Shown: positions 34,886-45,616, numbered from the stretch's first letter. The stretch is 64,000 nucleotides of DNA from a virus (IMGVR_UViG_3300028591_000090:32001-96000); one strand, 5' to 3'. The notes: generated by a model from the letters alone, not told the origin. A program made the numbers and translations.

Positions 34886-35713
34886 CTAATTTTTTAAGTT
34901 TTCTTTAACATTTTTAATTACGAGACAAAATTCAAAACCATTATTTTCATCCATAAGGTCGACAAAAGTAGGTGAAAAAATATCCTTAAAAATACCAATA
35001 ATTTCAACTTCACTAACAAAAGAACACAATGATGATAAATGAACAGTAATAATATCATCGGATGCAAAACAAAATTTAGCAAAATCATGTGAATTTAAAC
35101 AAAAATCAACATATAATTTTAAATTATCACTTAAAAGAGATTCTTGTATTTTTTTAATTTTATCGGATGCTTCATATTCAAAGAAATTTTTTATCTTTTC
35201 TTCTATATTTTCTTTTAATACATAAAAAAAATACTTTTTTACAGTTTTATAAATAAGATTATTATTTCTAATAAAATCTAATCTAAAATTTTTTGTTCTA
35301 TTTTTTATAATAGAAGCCATTATCTCTTTAATTTCTACCAAAAAACAATTATCCTCTTCTATAAAAATAACATTTACTGGGAAAGGATTAAATACGTTTT
35401 GAAATACATGATTTAATTCTTCTATATTATGTTTATAATAGTCAAAAGTTTTATTGTTCATATAAATAAAATTATGTGTATAATAATCAAAACATTCTAA
35501 AATTATCCTATTACAATTATAATTTTTATTTTTTATTTTAAAACTCCACTTTTCTGTACCTTTGAACAGGAAATCAATATCATTTTCCGATAAACGACTA
35601 AAATAGTTTTCAAAAGTTTCTTTTAACAAGTTTTCTGTTACAAATGCATTACTTTTCCCAAATAATTGTGGGTATTCAGTAAAAACAAAACCCAATTTTT
35701 TTTCTTTTTCCAT
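34886..35713 (-). CDS. hypothetical protein, tandem paralog of 34079..34879
   Basis: See paralog. Confidence 0.7.
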   Translation of the reverse strand: MEKEKKLGFVFTEYPQLFGKSNAFVTENLLKETFENYFSRLSENDIDFLFKGTEKWSFKIKNKNYNCNRIILECFDYYTHNFIYMNNKTFDYYKHNIEELNHVFQNVFNPFPVNVIFIEEDNCFLVEIKEIMASIIKNRTKNFRLDFIRNNNLIYKTVKKYFFYVLKENIEEKIKNFFEYEASDKIKKIQESLLSDNLKLYVDFCLNSHDFAKFCFASDDIITVHLSSLCSFVSEVEIIGIFKDIFSPTFVDLMDENNGFEFCLVIKNVKENLKN

Positions 35714-35719
35714 ATTATT

Positions 35720-37576
35720 CTATTTTTTTAAGTTTTCTTTAAATTTTTTATAATCATCTGCAAAAGAATCTTCTATATCTTCATCAAATGATTTTACAGT
35801 TGTTTCATATCCGTATTTAGATGCTATTTCGATAAACTTATCTGGTTCTACCTTTGTATGTGCAATAAGTTCATCTGAAACATCTAATAAGAATTTTTTG
35901 TTTCCCTCAATCAATTTAACGGTTCTATCATAAAGTTTCTTTAGATAATGTTCGCAAAGGTCGTCTTTTTCTTTCGGACGACTCATATAATAATCATCAT
36001 CATATACACCAATAAAATCAGACATTGCGTACATTGTTACATAATCGAGAATATCAGCAGTTGCATGTTTCAAATCAGAACTTGCTCCACTTGTTATTTT
36101 ATCTTCACCAAAAATAAGTTCTTCTGCAACACGTCCTGCCAATGCGATACAAATCTTTTTCTCATATTGTTCTTTTGTACCAAGCAAAGGGTAGACAGTA
36201 CAGAAACCACCCATATTTGGTTGTGATACAGAAGACACTAACTGACGTGGAGCAACATTAAATAATACTGCTTGTGCTACAGCGTGACCAGATTCGTGAA
36301 CAGAATGAATTGTCTTCAAATCTTCTGTTTTATCTTTCTTAATAGATTCAAGAGTTCTTGATATACCAAAAGTATATTTTTCTACTTTATCAACCATACC
36401 GATAACGGTATGATCTCTATAATCGAGAGTGATTTTTTTACACCCATCGTTATCCTTTATCTTTTGAATCAAAAAATTTGCAATTGGATTTTCAAAGAAC
36501 AATGCAACCGTACTAAAGATAGGTCGAACTCCTTGTACTGGATAAACACCATATTTATAAATTGCATCTAACAAATTTTGTGTTGCAATAAATGTTACAC
36601 CCGTTTGTTCTTTAATTCTCTCTGACGTGGTATCAATAACGTGTTTAATCAAATCCTTGTTTGCTTGTTTTGACAATACAGGATAAATGATATGAATATT
36701 ACCAAGTCTTGCAATCTGTTCTTGACGGAATCTTTTTGATAGTGCTTGTTTGATTCTTGATACTTTGATGTCGTTTGTTAATTCATTATAAATGTCAGCG
36801 TCTGTATCATTATCATATCCTTCTTTATAAATATCAAATGCTTCATCAAGATTTGCTCCAATAATTACCAATACTTTATTGTAAACCTTATTTTCATAAA
36901 CTTCCATTTTTTTATCTATACCTTTGATAATAGATAGGACTTGTGCTGGTTTGATTTTATTAATATTATAAATCTTGTCAATACCCGTCATAAAAAAAAG
37001 ACTTCTGATTTTACTTAATGTATAATCTGACAAATCAGATGTTTTTTTCTTTATATCCTTTGAACGCTCAAGGTCATCAATCATATTTCTAATTCTTGAT
37101 TTAAGGCTATAATCAACAGGAAATGTACCATCAGACAAAAAAGTCCACAAATCTATAGCAGTAGATGAGTTTTTTTCAAGAATTTCATGATTATCTTCAT
37201 CTATTGTCTTCAATTTTTGAAATTCATCAATGAAAACAACACCCATATCATCATCAAACTCGCTTTCAACGATTGCGTCTTTAAGGTAGTATGCATCGGT
37301 ACTATCTGATTGAATTTCACAATAATTATCTGACATTTGTATCAGTTTTACGAAACTTCTAACCAAATCTGTCTTACCAACACCAGTAATACCCCAAAGA
37401 TTTACAATCAACGGCTTCGTTCTTAAATCTGGATATAGATACCAAGAAGAAATAGCGTCAATGAATTGGTCAATAACCTTATCAATACCGAAAAATTTCT
37501 TTTTCAGTTCAATACGAGCATTTTCCAATACTTTCTCTTTTTCTATAAGTTCCTCTTTCTTTTTATCTAACTTCAT
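35720..37576 (-). CDS. AAA+ ATPase fused to an M41 (FtsH-type) metallopeptidase, no TM segment
   Basis: GITGVGKT, VVFIDE, HESGH, LAGRVAEE, GASSD. Confidence 0.85.
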   Translation of the reverse strand: MKLDKKKEELIEKEKVLENARIELKKKFFGIDKVIDQFIDAISSWYLYPDLRTKPLIVNLWGITGVGKTDLVRSFVKLIQMSDNYCEIQSDSTDAYYLKDAIVESEFDDDMGVVFIDEFQKLKTIDEDNHEILEKNSSTAIDLWTFLSDGTFPVDYSLKSRIRNMIDDLERSKDIKKKTSDLSDYTLSKIRSLFFMTGIDKIYNINKIKPAQVLSIIKGIDKKMEVYENKVYNKVLVIIGANLDEAFDIYKEGYDNDTDADIYNELTNDIKVSRIKQALSKRFRQEQIARLGNIHIIYPVLSKQANKDLIKHVIDTTSERIKEQTGVTFIATQNLLDAIYKYGVYPVQGVRPIFSTVALFFENPIANFLIQKIKDNDGCKKITLDYRDHTVIGMVDKVEKYTFGISRTLESIKKDKTEDLKTIHSVHESGHAVAQAVLFNVAPRQLVSSVSQPNMGGFCTVYPLLGTKEQYEKKICIALAGRVAEELIFGEDKITSGASSDLKHATADILDYVTMYAMSDFIGVYDDDYYMSRPKEKDDLCEHYLKKLYDRTVKLIEGNKKFLLDVSDELIAHTKVEPDKFIEIASKYGYETTVKSFDEDIEDSFADDYKKFKENLKK

Positions 37577-37582
37577 AAAAAA

Positions 37583-37906
37583 TTACTTATTAATTACTGC
37601 TTGAATTTTTTCTTTTATACTATTTTTCTCACCAAGACCGTTAAATCTATCAACAACAGTACCTTGTTTAATAATAATTACAGTCGGAAGACCACGTATA
37701 CTAAATTTAGCAGCAATATCATCGTTTTCTTCACCATCACAAGTGTAAAATTCAACATCTTTTAAATCCTCATCTTCTGACAAAGATTCAAATGTAGGTT
37801 TAAATGCCTTACATTGGCAACAAAAGTCTGCCCAAAAATCAATAACGATAACCTTATCACTTTTCAAGGCTTCGTCAATGTTTGCATTCGTTAATTCATT
37901 AGTCAT
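37583..37906 (-). CDS. thioredoxin
   Basis: DFWADFCCQCK, IRGLPT. Confidence 0.85.
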   Translation of the reverse strand: MTNELTNANIDEALKSDKVIVIDFWADFCCQCKAFKPTFESLSEDEDLKDVEFYTCDGEENDDIAAKFSIRGLPTVIIIKQGTVVDRFNGLGEKNSIKEKIQAVINK

Positions 37907-37989
37907 AACTTATATATTTTTTATAATTCTTTGCAAATATAATAAAATTTTTGAATATAACAAAAAAAAAGCGAGAATTTTTTCTCGCT

Positions 37990-38208
37990 TTATTGTTTTT
38001 TTTCTTGTTCGTCCTTAAATGGACTTTGTTGTGTTATTGTTCCGTCTGCAAGTTCGTACACTATTTTGTCATCAACGGAAAAAACTAATGGTATTCCTTT
38101 TTCGTGATTCTCCTTTATCACTTTTTGAACTGCATTGTTTCCAATAATTTCAATTTCATACCCTTTAATTTGGCAATCAACATCATTTATTGAATCATTT
38201 TCATTCAT
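37990..38208 (-). CDS. hypothetical protein
   Basis: ORF track. Confidence 0.6.
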   Translation of the reverse strand: MNENDSINDVDCQIKGYEIEIIGNNAVQKVIKENHEKGIPLVFSVDDKIVYELADGTITQQSPFKDEQEKKQ

Positions 38209-38404
38209 GGTCTGCTAAAAATTTTATTTTTTGTATTACGTCTTCAATAATCGTAGCACATTCGTTATAGATAGAAGTCTCCCTTTGCGTCATCGGTTCG
38301 CCACCAGCTATTTTTTTTGACAGAAGAACAAGGGTATAGTTATCTACTTTACCTGTGTCAATAAACATATTCCACTTTTCATCTGTGATTAAATTATCTT
38401 GCAT
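38201..38404 (-). CDS. hypothetical protein
   Basis: ORF track. Confidence 0.6.
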   Translation of the reverse strand: MQDNLITDEKWNMFIDTGKVDNYTLVLLSKKIAGGEPMTQRETSIYNECATIIEDVIQKIKFLADHE

Positions 38405-38943
38405 TGTATTATCTTCTCTCTTAAATCGTCTATACTACCATCGTTATTTATTATAAAGTCAAAGTCATTATAGTTATCTAACGCTGTTTCAGATATATGC
38501 GTGTTTGACAAATCATCTGTTGGTCTTTTTACACGTATTACAATACCACCAAGTTTCTTTATCCCCTCAACTTCGTTTGGAAATCTTACATCAGTAATAA
38601 CCCAATTCTGTGAATCGTCATAAGAAGACAATGTAGAAATCACCCAAGTATTCGGATTTATAAGATTTCTAAAACAATCTGTCCCAATGTGTTGTAACAT
38701 CCAACGTGGTGTTGTTTTTATTACATTTCCATTTTCATCTTTAATCCACCATTCTTCTTTTAATGGAGATTCTTTGAATTCTCTATCTTCAAGTTTCTCT
38801 CTTGGACAACCAAGTAATAATGCAGTAATTTCTTTTAATCTATCTGCATATTTAACAATTTTGAAAGAACCATCTAATGATTTAATGATTTTTCCAATTT
38901 CATCTTTACCAGCATTCATTTTGCCTGCAACACCAATAATCAT
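38389..38943 (-). CDS. deoxynucleoside monophosphate kinase
   Basis: GKMNAGKD, TPRWMLQHIGT, ITDVRFPNE, HISE. Confidence 0.9.
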   Translation of the reverse strand: MIIGVAGKMNAGKDEIGKIIKSLDGSFKIVKYADRLKEITALLLGCPREKLEDREFKESPLKEEWWIKDENGNVIKTTPRWMLQHIGTDCFRNLINPNTWVISTLSSYDDSQNWVITDVRFPNEVEGIKKLGGIVIRVKRPTDDLSNTHISETALDNYNDFDFIINNDGSIDDLREKIIQCKII

Positions 38944-38946
38944 ATT

Positions 38947-39705
38947 TTAAAATAATTTTAATTGTTTGTGAGTATTTAATAATCTATTATTTGCTATTTC
39001 TGTGTAATTCTTTGATATTTCACAACCTATAAATCTTCTATCCAACAACTTGCATGCAACAGCAGTTGTTCCGCTTCCCATAAACGGGTCAAGAACAATA
39101 TCTCCCTCATACGTTAATAGATTTATAAATTTTGTTGCGAAATCAATAGAAAAATTTGCTTTAGTTAGTCCATTTGTTTCTGTCTTAAAGTTTTCAACAC
39201 CTCTTGTCATATTCATAAAGGTATCTTTATCAATTGTTGAAATTCCGTCTGTTTCTTTTTTCCACGAATCTTTAAAGTCAATCAATACTCCCTCAAATGG
39301 TGAGTTTATATATGGCGAAGAAGCAGATAGCCAACTTCCCCACGCTGTTGCTTTTGCAAGTGTTATATCTTGCCAAACAGTCATTGCATGATGCTTAAAC
39401 CCAATTGACTCCATTAAATTATAAATGATAGATAATGGAGACGTTCTTTGTTTTGCTGTTCCCAAAGATAAGTAATGATTTATTGCTATACGTCCATCTT
39501 TTTTAAGTACACGATAACATTCCTTTAACCACACTTCGCACCATTTATAATAGTCAAGCCAATCAATGTTATCATTGTAAGAATCATAATCAATGCCAAC
39601 ATTATATGGTGGAGATGTTAGGATAAAATCAATAGAATTTTCTTCTATCTTTTGTAGAAAACTCACACAATCTTCGTTATATATCTTATTCTCTTCGAGA
39701 ATCAT
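38947..39705 (-). CDS. DNA N4-cytosine/N6-adenine methyltransferase (beta class)
   Basis: TSPPY, VLDPFMGSGTT. Confidence 0.9.
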   Translation of the reverse strand: MILEENKIYNEDCVSFLQKIEENSIDFILTSPPYNVGIDYDSYNDNIDWLDYYKWCEVWLKECYRVLKKDGRIAINHYLSLGTAKQRTSPLSIIYNLMESIGFKHHAMTVWQDITLAKATAWGSWLSASSPYINSPFEGVLIDFKDSWKKETDGISTIDKDTFMNMTRGVENFKTETNGLTKANFSIDFATKFINLLTYEGDIVLDPFMGSGTTAVACKLLDRRFIGCEISKNYTEIANNRLLNTHKQLKLF

Positions 39706-39807
39706 AGAAAAATTTTCTGCAAATATAAAAAACTTTTTTATAAAAAGAAAAAGAACTGATAAAAATTTTTACCAGTTCTTCAAAAAAATATTATGTTACA
39801 TAGTGAA

Positions 39808-40098
39808 CTAAGATTCTGGAACAAAGATTTCGTCATCATCGAACATTTTGTCGAATTCTGCCAAATTTGTCATTGCAACAGATTCACCACCGCCAGTATC
39901 AATATCGTTAATATCATCTTTTACTATACCATCTTCTTGTGAAGCAGGAACTTTTGGTTCTTCTTCTGTTGACTCTGTTGGTTCTGTTGGAACTTCTTGT
40001 TCTTGTGCTCCAATTTGTGCATCCTCATCTAAAGATTCTTTGAGAAACTGACTCCAAGTTGGGCATTTACCACCCCATGTCGCTTTATTCATAGTCAA
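39808..40098 (-). CDS. acidic putative virion/scaffold-like protein
   Basis: PTWSQFLKES motif, upstream TAAATAA. Confidence 0.5.
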   Translation of the reverse strand: MTMNKATWGGKCPTWSQFLKESLDEDAQIGAQEQEVPTEPTESTEEEPKVPASQEDGIVKDDINDIDTGGGESVAMTNLAEFDKMFDDDEIFVPES

Positions 40099-40182
40099 TA
40101 AAATTATTTTTCTTTATTTATTTAACGATTCTTGTTTGATTTTCGTTTTTAAGTATATCTGCAAAAAAAAATAGAAAGAAAA

Positions 40183-40797
40183 ATGGAAAGTTTAGTAAAA
40201 AAATTAAAAGATGGAAGTTCTGTTGACTTCATTAAAAAACTTAAAGATTTTGGTTATGAAAAAGAATTTGGCTTGTCATTAAACGGAACTGATAATGCTG
40301 TTTATCGTAAAATCATTGATGATGATACAGAAATTAGAGCACATATAACCGAAAATGGTATTATATTTAAAATTAAAAATTCTTTAAAAAATGTTGAAAT
40401 AAAAGCAACTTTTAATTTTGATACGAAAGGTGCTCTTGATTCAGAATTAAATGTAGATTTGTATATTGGTGGATTACCAAAATCTTTAACTACTGAACTT
40501 AACAATATGATAAGAAGAATAGACATCGAAAAAATGGAAAAAACATTTTTTTCAGACGTATATGATTTAATACCAACTTTAGTGGCTATTAACGCAAAAG
40601 AAATTTACGTATCTGGAAGTGTAGCAACCACTATTTCTGAAATGCCTAATTTTATTGAAAACAAAACAAAATTTAAAGATACTGAAACTTTTCCAGTATC
40701 ATATAATTTCGGACAAATTAAAATTGATGAGAAAACAATTGATGTAAATAATTATACAAACTTATCATGGGATGATAATACTGTTTTTTATGCATAA
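40183..40797 (+). CDS. hypothetical protein
   Basis: ORF track. Confidence 0.65.
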   Translation: MESLVKKLKDGSSVDFIKKLKDFGYEKEFGLSLNGTDNAVYRKIIDDDTEIRAHITENGIIFKIKNSLKNVEIKATFNFDTKGALDSELNVDLYIGGLPKSLTTELNNMIRRIDIEKMEKTFFSDVYDLIPTLVAINAKEIYVSGSVATTISEMPNFIENKTKFKDTETFPVSYNFGQIKIDEKTIDVNNYTNLSWDDNTVFYA

Positions 40798-41469
40798 ATG
40801 AAAGCAATAATAAGTTTAACATCGTGGCGTAAAAGAATAAAAACCGTCGGGATGACGATATATAATATCCATACAATGTGTAAGGATTTCCATATTGTAT
40901 TGGTATTAAGTTCTGACGAATTTTCACAAAAAGAAAAGAATCTTCCAAATGATTTAATAACAATGCTCAATAATAATATCTTTGAGTTATTGTGGGTTGA
41001 GAAAAATTATAAAGCATTTAAGAAGATTCTTTTTACAATGGAAAAGTATAAAGATTTACCTGTTATTAGTGCTGATGATGATTGTCTATATAAAATAAAC
41101 TATGCACAAATACTTTATGAGGAATGGTTAAAACATAAAGATTGTGTTATATCGTTTTCTGGTAGACAACACGACGGAATAATTCATACGTGTGGAAGAT
41201 ATACTCTCTATCCACCATATTGTTTCAAAGAATATGGAACAAATTTTTTAACTGACTATATCATAAATCTTGTAGAAGATGATAAATATTATAGTGCGTT
41301 AAAGAAAGTTATGGGTATAAAATCTATTGTTCTAAATAAATATAGACAGAGGGACATTTGTAGTTTTAGCAATACAGAATCTCCACTCACCAATATATAT
41401 CGTAAAAAGGATCTTGATGAGGCATATAAAAAAAGTCTTGATTACATAAATGCGAACATACAAAAATGA
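40798..41469 (+). CDS. GT-A glycosyltransferase-like protein (paralog 1)
   Basis: IISLTSW..RI, ISADDD. Confidence 0.75.
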   Translation: MKAIISLTSWRKRIKTVGMTIYNIHTMCKDFHIVLVLSSDEFSQKEKNLPNDLITMLNNNIFELLWVEKNYKAFKKILFTMEKYKDLPVISADDDCLYKINYAQILYEEWLKHKDCVISFSGRQHDGIIHTCGRYTLYPPYCFKEYGTNFLTDYIINLVEDDKYYSALKKVMGIKSIVLNKYRQRDICSFSNTESPLTNIYRKKDLDEAYKKSLDYINANIQK

Positions 41470-42094
41470 AAAGGGAATTATAAGCCTTACTTCGTGGAAG
41501 AAAAGAATAACGACTGTTGGTAAAACGATATTTAACCTATACAACACGTGTAAAGGATTTCATATTGTATTGGTATTAAGTTCAAATGAATTTCCAAAGA
41601 AAGAAGAAGAACTTCCTAACGACTTAAAAGTATTGTTGGATAAGAACGTATTTGAACTGTTGTGGGTTGAAAAGAATTATAAGGCATACAAGAAAGTATT
41701 ATTCACAATGCTTAAATATCCAAATGTACCAATTATTAGTGCCGATGATGATTGTTACTATAAAGTCAATTATGCAGAAAATTTATATCAAGCGTGGATA
41801 AGAAACGGTAAACCAGATGTTGTTAGATATACACCAAGAAAAGATATTCGTACACAAGGACCGTGTACACTATACAATATGAGTAAATATGCTCAACAGA
41901 TAATTGATTCTCTTACAGACGAACAAATTAAAAAAAGTCTTGACGATGATACAATGAGTACGTTCATTAAAGCAAATAATCTAAAATTGGTTTCGACTGG
42001 AATAAAAATATTGCCGTTTATTTTTCACGATGACACAGAACCATTATCGAAATATCAAAGAGATAGTAAATTCTATAAAAATTGTTTTGTATAA
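41450..42094 (+). CDS. GT-A glycosyltransferase-like protein (paralog 2)
   Basis: IISLTSW..RI, ISADDD. Confidence 0.75.
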   Translation: MRTYKNEKGIISLTSWKKRITTVGKTIFNLYNTCKGFHIVLVLSSNEFPKKEEELPNDLKVLLDKNVFELLWVEKNYKAYKKVLFTMLKYPNVPIISADDDCYYKVNYAENLYQAWIRNGKPDVVRYTPRKDIRTQGPCTLYNMSKYAQQIIDSLTDEQIKKSLDDDTMSTFIKANNLKLVSTGIKILPFIFHDDTEPLSKYQRDSKFYKNCFV

Positions 42095-42109
42095 TATAAT
42101 ATACATTTT

Positions 42110-42892
42110 CTATTCAAACTGTTTTATATAGTCGTCTTTCTGTTTTGTCCAGCGATTTATCTTAAAATAATATTCTCTGCCAATATTAACCTTTCCATAT
42201 ACGGCATCGCCTCTACCAATTTTATTTCTACAAAACTCTGATAACGTCTTTGTTATATAATGATTTATATAACAATTTGCATAACACGGTTTTGAGAGAA
42301 ATATCTTATCATATACTTTTCGACCAACAGTATCAACATGACCAATAACCTTACAATTAACAAAAGGTGAGTGTGCTGAATTAAATATCAGTCCATTTAT
42401 TTTTGTACGCACAATACATTTTGCTTTTCTGTTTTCAAATGACTGTAACGGTTTTGTAATTCTTTTCCATACTGGTACAGATATATCTCCATATATCATA
42501 TCATCGTCACCATATATTTGCCAGCAAGGTCGAATAGCAACGGCATTTTTAAACATTGATTCCGATACAAAATCTTTTATAGATTTATATTTCTTTCTAT
42601 CATACATAAAAAATTCATCGACATCAATAAACGCTATCCAATCATATTCTTTACCAAAACGATTGTAACAATCATTGTATGCCTTTGATTGATATGCAAT
42701 CTTATTATGTACGTTAATAATTGTTATCTTTGATAATATTGCATTATTGATACAATCACCAACATACTTTGTTTTATCATTGTTATTGTCATAGATATAA
42801 ATATGGTCAAACCCAACCATTAAATGCCAACAACACCAATCATTGATGTAGTCATTTTCGTTCTTCGCTATTGTACACAATGCAAGTTTCAA
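42110..42892 (-). CDS. glycosyltransferase (GT2/GT92-like)
   Basis: IAKNE..YI..W..WH...GFDHIYIYDNN, FIDVDEF, INHY.TKT. Confidence 0.8.
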   Translation of the reverse strand: MKLALCTIAKNENDYINDWCCWHLMVGFDHIYIYDNNNDKTKYVGDCINNAILSKITIINVHNKIAYQSKAYNDCYNRFGKEYDWIAFIDVDEFFMYDRKKYKSIKDFVSESMFKNAVAIRPCWQIYGDDDMIYGDISVPVWKRITKPLQSFENRKAKCIVRTKINGLIFNSAHSPFVNCKVIGHVDTVGRKVYDKIFLSKPCYANCYINHYITKTLSEFCRNKIGRGDAVYGKVNIGREYYFKINRWTKQKDDYIKQFE

Positions 42893-43764
42893 TTTTCAAA
42901 AGATGATTTATTTGGCAACACAGATTGTAAATAACTATTCACGTTTGTCTTGAATAAATGATATGAATCTGCATTTAGTGCTTCTGTATCATTAAAACAA
43001 ACTAACTTATTTCTTATATTAAATTTTGGCTTATATTCATACTGATTGATATTAACAGTACGTTTATCCGTCAAATTCAATTGGACCATTGCATCAAAAA
43101 ACATCCAATCTGTTACATTTGTTTCTTTTCTAAAACGACTATTCGCCAATGCTCTCCTTATAGAGAAATTAAACTTATTCCAAATAAACAACTGTAAATC
43201 TTTTTTGAATGATATTGGTCCGTGTCCCGGCTTATAATGTGTTGCTGGACCAAGTTGTGATTCAAGAATCTTATATCCGTTGAGAATATTCTTATGCCAA
43301 TATGTTATACCGTATCTATCATAATTTACCTTATACTCATTTACCGGTCTATTATAAATAAAAAAATCAGATTCAGACAATGGTCGTACAGCAAAGAAAT
43401 CATCGTTGAACAAAATATACGTATTCGATAGTTCTTTAATAAACGGTGCATAACAATTTATCACACTACTGTTAAATGTTGGTAATTCTGACTCTGGTAT
43501 AAAATTTCTATGATATACAATCTTTAACTTTGGATTTTTAACATTTAACCAATCTGGTATTTGACTTTCATTTGAAAGCAATAGAAATACATATCTTACC
43601 CAAGGCATATTCTTTTCTATACCTCTAAAGAAATATTTGAACGTACCCATATCTCTGAATCGGCAATCTGCCTTTTCTCCTTTCTCTTTATACTCATACT
43701 CTCTATATTGGGAAACCCACTTACTATCGTTTGGATTTACCCAAGGAACTAATACATCTACCAT
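42889..43764 (-). CDS. Stealth-family hexose-1-phosphate transferase
   Basis: DVLVPWVNPND, RFRD, PTFNS, FNDDFF, CFND. Confidence 0.85.
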   Translation of the reverse strand: MVDVLVPWVNPNDSKWVSQYREYEYKEKGEKADCRFRDMGTFKYFFRGIEKNMPWVRYVFLLLSNESQIPDWLNVKNPKLKIVYHRNFIPESELPTFNSSVINCYAPFIKELSNTYILFNDDFFAVRPLSESDFFIYNRPVNEYKVNYDRYGITYWHKNILNGYKILESQLGPATHYKPGHGPISFKKDLQLFIWNKFNFSIRRALANSRFRKETNVTDWMFFDAMVQLNLTDKRTVNINQYEYKPKFNIRNKLVCFNDTEALNADSYHLFKTNVNSYLQSVLPNKSSFEN

Positions 43765-43829
43765 AACATAATTATTTACGTTTCTTATAATATTTTCGTT
43801 TCATAAATAAAAAGAAAACATAGTATGGA

Positions 43830-43915
43830 ACAATATATCCGATGAAATAAAATTACTCAAACTTACTCAATGCTTGATTTGAATAATTCTCTGTGGATTG
43901 CAATCCACTCCATCG
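43830..43915 (-). ncRNA. putative omegaRNA scaffold of the second TnpB-like gene
   Basis: TCCGATGG/TCATCGGA enclosing GTGGATTGCAATCCAC and AATTATTCAAA/TTTGAGTAATT hairpins over the stop codon. Confidence 0.5.
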
Positions 43916-45463
43916 GAACGACAGAAGTTTATCCTTTAAATCACATCTTTTGATATTCAAAGGTTCAAAACTTCCGTCAATATTTTGTTTTAAGAGTGGT
44001 CGAAACACGGTTTCGCTTACTCTGTTTCTTATATTGACACTTGCATTATGGTCTGCATTATCACTATGACCACAACATGTACATACAAATTCTTCTTGTG
44101 TTTTTCTATTGTTCTTATCTATGTTTCCACAAACAGAACACATTTGACTGGTGTAGGAAGAGTGTACTATTGATAATTGCATGCCATAATTCTGTGCTAT
44201 ATGTTTAACTTCTTGCTTTAAAGATGAAATATTTAGTGCAGATACAAGTCTATTGTAATTTATCTTATCAAATTCTTCTGTTTTTGCAAACGATTTCTCA
44301 AATCCATTGTCAAGATTTTCCATAACAATATGGTCATAACCATTAGAAGATAATGTTTTACACATTTTGGCAATCAGATTCTTATTAGAATATTTTATCT
44401 TGTTCGCTATGACATCTATCTTGTGTTGTCTTCTTTTACCAACGGTATATTTTTCATCTTTAGACTTCAAATCATCAGTATACTTTCGTTCTGACAAATA
44501 ATCCTTGACTAATTTGTGATTGTAGTCAAAAATTTCTCCAGTAGAGCAAGAAAATAGATTATGTTTAGTATTTACGTCAATTCCTATAAATGATTTTTTG
44601 TTCTCTATCATTATTCTCTCGCAATCCTTGCACAGATTAATCTTAATTGTTTTGTGATATTCGTCAAAACAAATTATATATTCATAGTCATTCGTCTGTT
44701 TCCTCCAAGACATCATATTATCGTGGTAATCCTTTGCAAATTTAACAGGTATATCAAAGGACTTTCTATCAAATCCAGATAGACTAATGAAAGCATTTAT
44801 TACAGAGTTATAGTTCTTATTGTAGTCAACAATTCTTTTCTTTCTGCTTCTTCCACCGAATGTCAACTTCTTGAACTCGATTGGTTCTTTGTATCGTTTT
44901 AATATATAGTCTCTCTTCTGGCGTGTGAGATTCCATAGTCTTTCAAATCCAAATTTGTCAATGACTCTATTCATCATAGAGAAGAAATCCTCTTCCGTCT
45001 TTAAACGAATAAACTCAAGAACAGATGTATTGTTACATTTAATAAGATACGTTAATGTCTTTGACAAATCAGTCGAACTTCTTCTTATCTTTGTCTTCTT
45101 GAAATCACCTTTCTTGTTTTTCTTTGTAGTCCTTTTATAAAACTCAAGACCAAGGTACTCAACTTTCTCAAACTTTAGTTTTCTCCTTAATTGAACGAAC
45201 CGATTCTCATAGCAAGTATAAACGTGAGTATAGAGTTGGTTATCGAATGACGATGGAATTTTGTTTTTGTACTTATTCCTCATATATTTCATAAAGTCAA
45301 ACTTCGACATTTCGTGATAAAACATTATGTTTGAATTCACATCATTTGATACAATATTCTTGTGGTTACGTAATGTAATAGCAAAGTCATACAACTCATT
45401 GTACTTTTCCTTAGTCAATGAGTCTGACATAAATGATTTAGTATGTTTGCTTTGAATTATCAC
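43853..45463 (-). CDS. tnpB: large TnpB/Cas12f-like RuvC nuclease (536 aa)
   Basis: GIDVN, VMENL, TSQMCSVCG..CTCCG..NADHNAS.NI. Confidence 0.85.
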   Translation of the reverse strand: MIIQSKHTKSFMSDSLTKEKYNELYDFAITLRNHKNIVSNDVNSNIMFYHEMSKFDFMKYMRNKYKNKIPSSFDNQLYTHVYTCYENRFVQLRRKLKFEKVEYLGLEFYKRTTKKNKKGDFKKTKIRRSSTDLSKTLTYLIKCNNTSVLEFIRLKTEEDFFSMMNRVIDKFGFERLWNLTRQKRDYILKRYKEPIEFKKLTFGGRSRKKRIVDYNKNYNSVINAFISLSGFDRKSFDIPVKFAKDYHDNMMSWRKQTNDYEYIICFDEYHKTIKINLCKDCERIMIENKKSFIGIDVNTKHNLFSCSTGEIFDYNHKLVKDYLSERKYTDDLKSKDEKYTVGKRRQHKIDVIANKIKYSNKNLIAKMCKTLSSNGYDHIVMENLDNGFEKSFAKTEEFDKINYNRLVSALNISSLKQEVKHIAQNYGMQLSIVHSSYTSQMCSVCGNIDKNNRKTQEEFVCTCCGHSDNADHNASVNIRNRVSETVFRPLLKQNIDGSFEPLNIKRCDLKDKLLSFRWSGLQSTENYSNQALSKFE

Positions 45464-45570
45464 TACAATCTTTCTTGTTTTTATCTACAATCCTTATTTT
45501 ATAAAGGCTGGAGAGGAGCGACCTCTCCGTGAGCGATTGTAGATTTCTCACCGCCTTTTCTTTATTTATT

Positions 45571-45616
45571 ATACAAATTAGAAATAAAATAAACTAATTT
45601 TATTTCTAATTTGTAT
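45571..45616. repeat. 20-bp perfect palindrome between divergent TAAATA elements (possible IS left end)
   Basis: ATACAAATTAGAAATAAAAT / ATTTTATTTCTAATTTGTAT. Confidence 0.7.
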
